This document shows, in pieces, positions 29,777-38,034 of a stretch of DNA of 38,034 bases. The stretch is from Candidatus Hodarchaeota archaeon. GTDB taxonomy: Archaea; Asgardarchaeota; Heimdallarchaeia; Hodarchaeales; Hodarchaeaceae. Numbering within the stretch: position 1 is the stretch's first letter; each line of letters opens with the position of its first letter. Under the pieces are notes generated by a model. The model saw only the letters and a list, made by a program, of their open reading frames with translations, was not told the DNA's origin and did no database searches. The translations under genes and the position numbers were made by a program. Location: assembly GCA_016840035.1 (NCBI GenBank), contig JAEOTC010000062.1, forward strand, positions 1 to 38,034. The letters are read 5' to 3'.

Positions 29777-32389
29777 TTGGAACTAAACCAAAAAATCAAT
29801 GTTGAGAAGGAATTAATTCTTTTAGATGCAGATTATTCTATTTCCTCCAATCAACAATCTTCCAATATTCATCTCTGGGGGAGAAGTGGTCCACAAAGAG
29901 TGGAAGTCGTTGTTACTGGATTTTTTCCTTATTTTTATGTTGAAGCTCCCGAAATAGCAGTCCAAGATTTAATAAAAACAGAGGATGAGACATTAAAATC
30001 CTGGATTATCCGAACCGAAACATCTCAAAAGCATACCTATTTTGGAGCTGAGAAAAAAAGACTTACCCGAGTGGTTGGACGACGACCGTATCAGGTTCCC
30101 AAGATCCGTGATATCTTCAGAAAGAATGGATTCAAAGTCTTTGAAGCTGATATTCCCTTTACAAAACGTTTTATGATTGATCAGAAAATAAGAGCTCTTC
30201 ATTTTCTTACCGTAAGAGGGAGGATTATTAGTGAAACTTCCAAGGAGCTGGTATTAGAAACAAACTACCGAAATGTGCAATTCAATGACTTACAAGAACT
30301 AGATTATCGTCCCTTAATTCTTGCATTCGATATTGAAGTTAATGAACAGGGGGAATCTTTTCAGGAATTATTTGCTGATAAAAAGCGTAGAATAACTGCG
30401 ATTTCTTATGCATGGGGAAAAACAGGAGTATCTATTCCTGATTCCAATGCACTCATCCTAACTGAGGATACTGAATTTGCTGAAAAGAGACTATTAACCG
30501 AATTTTTGAATACTATTCGAAAAATTGATCCAGATATTCTTGTGTCCTTCAATGGAACATATTTTGATTTTCCCTATCTTCAAGCACGAATGGGTCGTTA
30601 TGGCCTTTCTTTAGGTTCACTCGCGTTATTCGAAAGACGTCAAAATGACATAATTAGAACCACTGTTCCCAATGATGGATATCGGTTGAAAGGACGAGCC
30701 ATTGTGGATTTGATCCCCCTCACTCGCTATATTCATCCCTTATCAGGAAAAAAGAATTTGGATACTATTGCGAATTTACTTTTGGGGGAGATGAAGGTTA
30801 AATCGGAGAAGAGTCTTGGGCAATTGTGGAGAAATGGAGTAAAAGGATCGCTTACTGATGCCAAACAATTTTATGATTATTCAATTACTGACTCCATTCT
30901 AACGTTTCGATTAGTTGCCGAATTAGGCGTTCTTACCAGTATTGAGCTCTGTAAATTATCAGGGTATCCCCTACCAGAAGGTTTACTCTCCACAAGTCGT
31001 AATATTGGAGAATTTGAATTAATGCGTATTTTGCATGAACGAAAGATTCTTATTCCTTCTAAACCCACAAAATCCGAGATTTCAGAACGGAATACATTAA
31101 AGGAGAAATATCCTCATCTTGGAGGGTGGGTTATTGACCCTGAAGTAGATGAAGCGTTATTTGTGGCTATTTTTGATTTTCGATCTCTTTATCCAAACAT
31201 AGTACGGACCCATAATATTTCTGGGGAAACTCTCATACCCCATTCAGAGAATAGAAAACCTGAAGCTCGTTTCCTAAAGAATCCAAGGGGTGCTTTTGCA
31301 GACCTTATGGATCGAATTCTAAAAGAAAGATATCAGTCTTTGACAACTCTAACTTCTCTTAAGAAAGAAGAATTATCTCCCAAACGAAAACATGAAATTC
31401 AATTACTTGAAAAACAACAACGTTCATTGAAATTAATGGCAAATTCATTATGTGGAGCCGCCAATTACCCACGCGGACGTTTTTACCACCATCTTCTTTC
31501 AAATAGCATTACAGGTATTGCTCGAGAACTATTGGGTGAACGTTTACAGGATTGGACAAAAGAGTTTTCCAAAATCCGTGATTTTACCGTCGAAGTGCGA
31601 TATGGCGATACAGATTCGATTTTTTGCGAGTTCATTAGCATTAGCTTAGACCCGACAAAATTTCTATCCTCTCACCCTGAGAAGAGTCGAGAAAAGAGTA
31701 TTAAAGTACTTAAGAGCTATATTCAAGAATATCAGGCGTTTCTTTCGGAGAAATTGCCAGACCTCCTTGAGCTGAAACTTGAAGATATTGCTCTCAGGAT
31801 AATTTTAAAGAAAGGAAGGAAAAAGGCTTACGCCTATCTCTCTCTCCTAACCCAAGAGGTTATTATTCGCGGGTTTGAGGCGGTTCGATCTGACTGGTCT
31901 CCTCTTGCAAAAAAAACTCAACGGAAATTACTTGAAATATTGCTAATGGATTTTAGTGAGAGTCGTGTATATAATGCTCGGAAATTTGTGATTGAGACAT
32001 GTCGCTTTATCCTTCGATCACCTGTTGAAATCTTACTTTCAGAGCTAAGTATACGTGGCCCAGTTAAACGAGCCCCCACAAAATATAAAACTCGAACTCC
32101 TGCCGTGGGAGCATTTTTAAATTATTGTAAAGCCCAGAATCTTGATCCTGAGGTTGAATGGAAACAGTGGGATGGATTTCCATACATTATTGCAAAATCT
32201 TCTATCAATCAACCACAATTTAAGCGAGCGTTTCATCCTGATATTTTTCAGAAAGGTAGAAAGGAAATAGACCGGTTTCATTACATTAAAGAAATACTTG
32301 GAGCAAGTAACCGATTCGGGATCTCACTCAATGAGAACGAAGCCTTTCACGGTCGTTTCATTATTCCCTTGACCGAATTTTTTGCCTAA
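29777..32389 (+). CDS. polB: Family B DNA polymerase with 3'-5' exonuclease domain
   Basis: ExoI FDIE, ExoII FNGTYFDFPYL, ExoIII YSITDS; motif A DFRSLYPNI; motif B KLMANSLCG; motif C YGDTDS; RGFEAVRSDW; C-terminal LTEFF. Confidence 0.93.
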   Translation: MELNQKINVEKELILLDADYSISSNQQSSNIHLWGRSGPQRVEVVVTGFFPYFYVEAPEIAVQDLIKTEDETLKSWIIRTETSQKHTYFGAEKKRLTRVVGRRPYQVPKIRDIFRKNGFKVFEADIPFTKRFMIDQKIRALHFLTVRGRIISETSKELVLETNYRNVQFNDLQELDYRPLILAFDIEVNEQGESFQELFADKKRRITAISYAWGKTGVSIPDSNALILTEDTEFAEKRLLTEFLNTIRKIDPDILVSFNGTYFDFPYLQARMGRYGLSLGSLALFERRQNDIIRTTVPNDGYRLKGRAIVDLIPLTRYIHPLSGKKNLDTIANLLLGEMKVKSEKSLGQLWRNGVKGSLTDAKQFYDYSITDSILTFRLVAELGVLTSIELCKLSGYPLPEGLLSTSRNIGEFELMRILHERKILIPSKPTKSEISERNTLKEKYPHLGGWVIDPEVDEALFVAIFDFRSLYPNIVRTHNISGETLIPHSENRKPEARFLKNPRGAFADLMDRILKERYQSLTTLTSLKKEELSPKRKHEIQLLEKQQRSLKLMANSLCGAANYPRGRFYHHLLSNSITGIARELLGERLQDWTKEFSKIRDFTVEVRYGDTDSIFCEFISISLDPTKFLSSHPEKSREKSIKVLKSYIQEYQAFLSEKLPDLLELKLEDIALRIILKKGRKKAYAYLSLLTQEVIIRGFEAVRSDWSPLAKKTQRKLLEILLMDFSESRVYNARKFVIETCRFILRSPVEILLSELSIRGPVKRAPTKYKTRTPAVGAFLNYCKAQNLDPEVEWKQWDGFPYIIAKSSINQPQFKRAFHPDIFQKGRKEIDRFHYIKEILGASNRFGISLNENEAFHGRFIIPLTEFFA

Positions 32390-32588
32390 AGATAAAAAAT
32401 TTACTGGTTGAATATCTTGTTAGCCCTTTACATCCAGTTAAGGATCATTCTCTGAAAATAATCTTGATTGGTGGGCGTTACTAATTCTTAGGACACCCAT
32501 CAAATACCTGTTCTAATACTTGGTATCTAATATGACTCAAGGTTTTGTCTGATGTAGAAATTAGATTCTTTCTCTTACCAGAAACGTG

Positions 32589-35500
32589 ATGAAAATGATT
32601 AAATTTAGAGTATTTAGCCTAACTATTCTTGCAGTCTTGTTACTTGGTGTGATACAAGTTACATCAGCTAATTTATCCTTGGATCAAGGTATTAAAGGAA
32701 AAACAATCTTAAATAATCAGGAGTATCAAGTACCTGATTTTGAAACTGAAATTCAGCCTATAGATCAACCTGAATTATCAGTACCCAATACATTCGATCC
32801 TAGTCCTATATCCCTTAACAGTCTATCCCCAGAAGTATCGTCAAAAGTAACTCAGGCTGATGAAGAACGGTTAATCATTCAGATTGACCTTGAAAAGACA
32901 ATTACTCAACCAGGTCAACCCCTCAAATATATCATCCAAGCTTCACGTGGTTTAAATCCTGCGTCCGGAGAAAGACTCAAGCTCGAGATAATCAAAGGAG
33001 AAGACTGGGGTTGGTATCATTATTATTACTATGATACAATCGAGTATGAGGATCGTATCGTAGAACAAAAGATTGTTACCACTGATGCAGATGGACAATA
33101 TGAGGGAGTATTTCAGACATCTAATAGTGGAAGATATTCCATTATCATCCGGGATGAATGGGCAGATAATTATTATAAATCACGTTCATTCAATATTGCT
33201 GATGTGGGTATTTTCTGGCGAGTATCACGTGAATTTGTTAAAGGCCAGCCCCACTATTCGGTTGCTTATGTGTTAAATACATCTGACTTTTCTCCGATCA
33301 TAGGGGCAACAGTCACATTAACGGGAGAATTATACGATTATCACTGGGAATCTCGCACGTATTCTGTAGAATCTGAGCATCTATTCGGTGGAATTTCCGA
33401 TGCTCAAGGTATAACAGAAATAACATTTACTCCCCCATCCAATTTTAGTGAAAATTATAATTTTATGGCCAACCTTTCCGTGACGTATAATGGTGAGACA
33501 ACTTATGTACTAAGGAATCTGTATCGTGGAGGTTACTATTGGACCTCAGACGGGTATCAAGAGTTCACTCCTTACGAATTTATTGTAACTACTGACAAAC
33601 CAATTTATAACCCAGGAGAAACAGTACAAGCTCGGATTCTTTTATGGCATAATGATTATTTGAAAGCGACGAAGGAACCTGTCTCTACATCGTTCATCTT
33701 GAAGTTGCTTACCCCCTCTCAACATACATTATTTCAAAAAACTCTGACTACAAATTCGTATGGAGTAGCTGAATATTCTTTCGAACTTGATTTGGAAAGT
33801 GAGTTAGGAGATTATAGTATTATTACGCAGAAGGAAGAAGTAATATCCACAACAGATATCCGCGTTGATAAATATGAAAAACCTGCATATCGGGTTGAAA
33901 TTGAATTAGACAAAGAGTATGTTGCTCCTGGCCAAAAGGTTTCAGGGATATTAAGTGCTATTTATTATTTTGGCAAACCTGTGATCAATGGAGAAGTGGA
34001 ACTGAAGATAGGCGAATTAAGTACCCTATCTGGAGTTACAGATGAAGATGGATTATGGACTTTTTCCTATACTTTACCAAAATCCTTGGAGAATAGTGGT
34101 TTACACGCATTATCCCTAAACGCGACAGTAATTGATACTGTAGATCGGGAAGTAACAGTTTCTACCTCAGTTCAAATAACGGAAGACGTTTATGTCTATG
34201 CATGGGTGAATCCTTGGTTCCCAAAAGCTGATGAGAATGTGAGTTTATATTTCGGTGCATATCAATATACAGCTGGATTATATTATTGGAGAAGCTATCA
34301 ACCTATGCCAGAAGCTCCTGTCACCATCAAACTCTATGGTTTGATATCAAATACTGTATCCATTTATTTGACCTCTTATCAGACACAAACCGATGCAAAT
34401 GGATATGGGCGATATGAATTTGCTGTACCACAAGAAATCCTAGTTTTAACTACCAGATTCAAAGGAGTTATAGAATTAAATTCGGATGATGGACGAACTG
34501 GTGAATCTACGTTTTATTTCTCAGTAGATCTATTAAAAGCGGATGTTTCCCTTGACTCGGAGACTTATTCACCTGGTGAAACTGTGAATGTAAACGTGAA
34601 CCTCTTGAGTATCCTCACATTTAGTCAACTCTCTGGAAGTGTCCGTGTTCGTATATTTGATGCAGATTATGAACTAATTGGAGAAAAATCTAGTGACATT
34701 CCCACATCTGGGGGAACTTTTTCATTCCAATTATCCTCCTTTGCACCTAATGGCCGATATTATGTACATATTTATGTAAGAAAAACTTTTACATATGAAT
34801 GGGGGTCCTATAACTATTATAAGTACGATACATCTGTAACGTTTACTGTAGGCTCTTCTCAAGAGCTTCTATTGAATTTGGATAAACCTAGTTATTCACT
34901 AGGCGATAGTATGACAATTTCAGGACAATTACAAGGTGAAACTAACGCCCCAATAATGATTCAATTTGTCAAGAAGGGAATTCTTACAACCCAGTATATT
35001 CCTCAGAACACTGTGAGTTCATTTAGTTTAACTGTTAGCGATATTTCTTTGTTTGCACCCAAAGTTTGGATATATGGTTTTGCAATATTAACCACAGGAG
35101 TAGTACAAGAGGTACGTTTGTATGTAGAAATAGATCCTACTCTTACAGTAGAAATTGAATCAAATAAGAATACCTATACCCCAGGTGAAGAAGCTGAAAT
35201 AAACATTCAAGTTTACGACGCTAATAAAAACCCTATCTCAACTGTTCTAGCAATCTCTTTCATCGACAGTTCTGTTTTTGGCGTTGAGCCTGATCCTGAA
35301 AGTGAACTCGAACACTTCAAAGAACAACAATTCTGGCCCTCAGTTTGGACTGTTACATCGTGGAAAAGTCGACAGTTCGACTGGTGGTTCTGGTGGTATG
35401 ATGATTTCTATGGATTTGGCTATCCTTCCAATTGGAGAGGAGGAGGAGGTTTTTTCATGGAAGAGGATTACGCAGTAGCTGGAGATCAGGGAACAAAATC

Positions 35501-38034
35501 ACCTTCGGAAGCTCCTGTCGAGGCTGATGTGGGCCAAAAGATTCGAGATAATTTACCTGAAAATGCTTACTGGATGCCCTTTGTTGTCGTAGAAGACGGT
35601 TCCATTTCCATTTCTATCGTACTTCCTGATACTATCGGAGAATGGACAGTTCGTGTTGTGGCAACCTCCACGACCTCTGGTATTGGTACGTTAGAAAAAT
35701 ATGCCTTTAAAACATTCATTCCGTTCTTTGTTGAGATTGTCAAGGATCCTTTTGTCCTCCAAGATGATATTTTCATTATAAAAGGAGTTGTGTACAACTA
35801 TCTAGGTGAATTAACGGACATAGATGTATCGATTGATCCAGCGGATGGAATTACTGTATTAGGTGATGATACACAAAGACTTAAACTCCCAAGTGACTTT
35901 TTGGGTTCAATTTCTTGGGCTTGCTTAGCTGAAGATGCTAATTTCGTAAATGTTACATTATATGCAACTACCGAGTTGAATAACGGATCTCGTTATTCCG
36001 ATGCCATCAGAAAAGCTGTAGACATTATCCCCAATGGAGTGGAGACAGAATTCAAAACAAGCGGATTTGTTTATCAAGATCCACAATTCGATTATTTCCG
36101 CTATACAGAATCAGTAAAACAGGTTGAATTCCTTGAATTATCATTAGGTCTTGGATCAACTGCAATTAGCTCTTGGGAACGTCTAGTGGGTTATCCTTAT
36201 GGATGCACAGAACAAACTATTTCTCGTGTTGTTCCTGATACTCTTATCCTAGATTATCTCAACGAAACTAATCAATTAACGAATGAGACTAAAGATCTAC
36301 TGACTGATATGATTGTTACAGGCCTATCTCGTTTGTACAGCCAGCAGCATCACGATGGTGGATGGGGATGGTGGTCAAGTGATTCTTCCAGAATTTATAT
36401 GACCTCCCTTGTCCTCTATGGTTTAAGTGCGGTTAGAGATGTAGGAATCTATGTAGAACCTTCGGTAGTGAAAGAAGCATTATATTCCATCCTAGAAAAA
36501 CAAAACTCTGATGGAAGCTGGACTGTTGACTCCTGGAGGAATATCGATAAAGTAGCATTTACTGCATTTGCTTTACGCTCCCTAATCTATTGGTCATCCG
36601 AGTTATCAGACCTAGATCCAATAAATGATGCCCTTGCCTATATTTCTAGTACGTGGAATGGAGATTCAACTAAACGATCTTCATACTTAGCAGCTCTTTA
36701 TCTCGATGCAGTTATGGATTCACCCTTCGGTTCAGCTGCATTCGAATCATCCGTACTAGCCTATCTACTAAGTGAAGTTCAATTATCAGGAAACGGTAAC
36801 TTTTGGAAATACACCACCTCATCTGGATATTATTGGAGAGCTCTCGGTGGAGATGTAGAAATAACTGGTCTAGCATTAAAAGCATTAGTTAAGTCTGATC
36901 CTGCGGCCCACATGCCTATCATCCGCGGAGCAGTTCAATGGATGTTAGGAAGACAATCGAGGTGGGGTTGGGGCAATACAGCAGATACCTCTGCAGCAAT
37001 TTCAAGCCTAATAACTATCAGTAAAGAGGGATTTAGTTCGAATGACGATGCTAATGTAAGTGTATTTCTGAATGAGGAAGAAATTGGAAACTACAATCTT
37101 TCTGTAAGTGGAGATTCCGTTATATATTTGAATCTTAAATCTTATATCCAACCCGGGGAAAATAATTTTACTTTCAGCAAATCTGGGACAGGTAATGTGA
37201 GTTACTATTTCTATGGTCATCAGACATTACGGTCATTACCCGATATCGTTTTACCTGCAAAAATCAGTGTAGGTGTGGATCAAGAAGTAAATCTTCCTAT
37301 TCAGTTATCTCCAACTTCAACAGCGATTTTCGCAGCAAATCTGACAATAAATCCAGTACAAGGAGATATACTTCCAATCATTAATCTCCCTCAAACTATT
37401 CAGTTATTGACACAAGTAACTACCCTTAACTTTAGATATGAAGCTCCTTCGATTCCAGGGACTTATTCAATTCCTGGATTTGAAATCTCTTACCTTCTAT
37501 CAGATAGCGCTCAATCTTCGTTTTCACCTGGTATACTGAGTCGTCAATATGGACCAATTGAGCTAGAAGTACTTAGCTCAATAGAAGGAATGCTTCCAAC
37601 ATCAATATCCATTCCAGAAGAACTTCCTGAACCTAAAGTCCAAATGAGCCGATTAATGGAATCTAGTGTTACAGGTTTAACCTTAGAACGAGAATTTTCA
37701 AGCCAAAGGAATATCCAACCTGGTGATTTAATCATTGTTACTCTTAGAGTTACGAATGCAAATGAGTCAATGAACTTTTTGATGTTAGAAGAGTCCATCC
37801 CTGCTGGTTTCTCTCTAGATCCAAGTACAATCAAGCATTCTCAGGAAACATATACAATTACAAGTGTAGGTATTACTTTCTTCTTTTCTCAATTACCTGA
37901 AGGAGATACTCAGGTGAAATATGGACTCATTGCATCAAATATCCGTCAATCACTTGTAATCCCTTCAAAATTATCAAGCATGTACGATGATTGGATGGTG
38001 AAAAGTACACCTGCAGTTCTAGGAGAAGCACGAG
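32589..38034 (+). CDS. Secreted alpha-2-macroglobulin / thioester-containing protein (3' end outside window; absent from ORF track)
   Basis: Manual translation, all in one frame: signal peptide MKMIKFRVFSLTILAVLLLGVIQVTSA; TDKPIYNPGETV (33591); VDKYEKPAYRV; IRDNLPENAYW; LPDTIGEW; YPYGCTEQ (CTEQ at 36204-36215); QHHDGGWGWW; DVEITGLAL; WGNTADT; EESIPAGF; SMYD near the window end. Confidence 0.93.
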   Translation, partial: MKMIKFRVFSLTILAVLLLGVIQVTSANLSLDQGIKGKTILNNQEYQVPDFETEIQPIDQPELSVPNTFDPSPISLNSLSPEVSSKVTQADEERLIIQIDLEKTITQPGQPLKYIIQASRGLNPASGERLKLEIIKGEDWGWYHYYYYDTIEYEDRIVEQKIVTTDADGQYEGVFQTSNSGRYSIIIRDEWADNYYKSRSFNIADVGIFWRVSREFVKGQPHYSVAYVLNTSDFSPIIGATVTLTGELYDYHWESRTYSVESEHLFGGISDAQGITEITFTPPSNFSENYNFMANLSVTYNGETTYVLRNLYRGGYYWTSDGYQEFTPYEFIVTTDKPIYNPGETVQARILLWHNDYLKATKEPVSTSFILKLLTPSQHTLFQKTLTTNSYGVAEYSFELDLESELGDYSIITQKEEVISTTDIRVDKYEKPAYRVEIELDKEYVAPGQKVSGILSAIYYFGKPVINGEVELKIGELSTLSGVTDEDGLWTFSYTLPKSLENSGLHALSLNATVIDTVDREVTVSTSVQITEDVYVYAWVNPWFPKADENVSLYFGAYQYTAGLYYWRSYQPMPEAPVTIKLYGLISNTVSIYLTSYQTQTDANGYGRYEFAVPQEILVLTTRFKGVIELNSDDGRTGESTFYFSVDLLKADVSLDSETYSPGETVNVNVNLLSILTFSQLSGSVRVRIFDADYELIGEKSSDIPTSGGTFSFQLSSFAPNGRYYVHIYVRKTFTYEWGSYNYYKYDTSVTFTVGSSQELLLNLDKPSYSLGDSMTISGQLQGETNAPIMIQFVKKGILTTQYIPQNTVSSFSLTVSDISLFAPKVWIYGFAILTTGVVQEVRLYVEIDPTLTVEIESNKNTYTPGEEAEINIQVYDANKNPISTVLAISFIDSSVFGVEPDPESELEHFKEQQFWPSVWTVTSWKSRQFDWWFWWYDDFYGFGYPSNWRGGGGFFMEEDYAVAGDQGTKSPSEAPVEADVGQKIRDNLPENAYWMPFVVVEDGSISISIVLPDTIGEWTVRVVATSTTSGIGTLEKYAFKTFIPFFVEIVKDPFVLQDDIFIIKGVVYNYLGELTDIDVSIDPADGITVLGDDTQRLKLPSDFLGSISWACLAEDANFVNVTLYATTELNNGSRYSDAIRKAVDIIPNGVETEFKTSGFVYQDPQFDYFRYTESVKQVEFLELSLGLGSTAISSWERLVGYPYGCTEQTISRVVPDTLILDYLNETNQLTNETKDLLTDMIVTGLSRLYSQQHHDGGWGWWSSDSSRIYMTSLVLYGLSAVRDVGIYVEPSVVKEALYSILEKQNSDGSWTVDSWRNIDKVAFTAFALRSLIYWSSELSDLDPINDALAYISSTWNGDSTKRSSYLAALYLDAVMDSPFGSAAFESSVLAYLLSEVQLSGNGNFWKYTTSSGYYWRALGGDVEITGLALKALVKSDPAAHMPIIRGAVQWMLGRQSRWGWGNTADTSAAISSLITISKEGFSSNDDANVSVFLNEEEIGNYNLSVSGDSVIYLNLKSYIQPGENNFTFSKSGTGNVSYYFYGHQTLRSLPDIVLPAKISVGVDQEVNLPIQLSPTSTAIFAANLTINPVQGDILPIINLPQTIQLLTQVTTLNFRYEAPSIPGTYSIPGFEISYLLSDSAQSSFSPGILSRQYGPIELEVLSSIEGMLPTSISIPEELPEPKVQMSRLMESSVTGLTLEREFSSQRNIQPGDLIIVTLRVTNANESMNFLMLEESIPAGFSLDPSTIKHSQETYTITSVGITFFFSQLPEGDTQVKYGLIASNIRQSLVIPSKLSSMYDDWMVKSTPAVLGEAR

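Noticed and set aside
35436-35450. Short (gga)n repeat as a phase-variable tract
   Set aside because: It is an in-frame triplet run encoding RGGGG and is too short to be meaningful.
36480-36590. Complement C3-type catalytic His downstream of the thioester
   Set aside because: The equivalent loop (QNSDGSWTVDSWRNIDKVAFTAF) is short and has no His, so the protein is A2M-like rather than C3-like.
33073-37834. Five short ORFs in the track (33073, 35278, 35567, 37008, 37544)
   Set aside because: They are off-frame or antisense shadows inside the long macroglobulin frame.

Overview
AT-rich, gene-dense archaeal chromosome segment. It is most likely from an Asgard archaeon (Heimdallarchaeia/Hodarchaeales-like). 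This is inferred from a eukaryote-like actin, a uDENN/longin-like protein, Sec61-like motifs and archaeal PolB/PDO genes. I see no rRNA, tRNA, CRISPR array or IS element. In order, the window holds: a 5'-truncated multi-PAS protein with a degenerate kinase core; NADP-GDH divergent from a receiver-domain/PEP-synthase-like ATP-grasp protein followed by a beta-carbonic anhydrase; a TlyA-like methyltransferase; two small unlisted ORFs; an SPFH protein; a strongly diverged SecY/Sec61 paralogue; DsrE-TldD-TldE; an orphan DUF1156 adenine methylase; a thioredoxin/PDO/ArsR redox unit; a uDENN-like protein; a surface M30-like metalloprotease; an ABC exporter with a tandem-HTH regulator; actin; a gamma-CA family protein; and a family-B DNA polymerase. 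The last 5.4 kb is missing from the ORF track because it has no stop codon in the window. It is one reading frame of at least 1815 codons encoding a secreted alpha-2-macroglobulin/thioester protein with an intact GCTEQ motif. The strongest leads are this thioester protein, the GDH-linked receiver/dikinase-like protein and the SecY paralogue. All family calls come from recognising motifs by eye, not from database searches.
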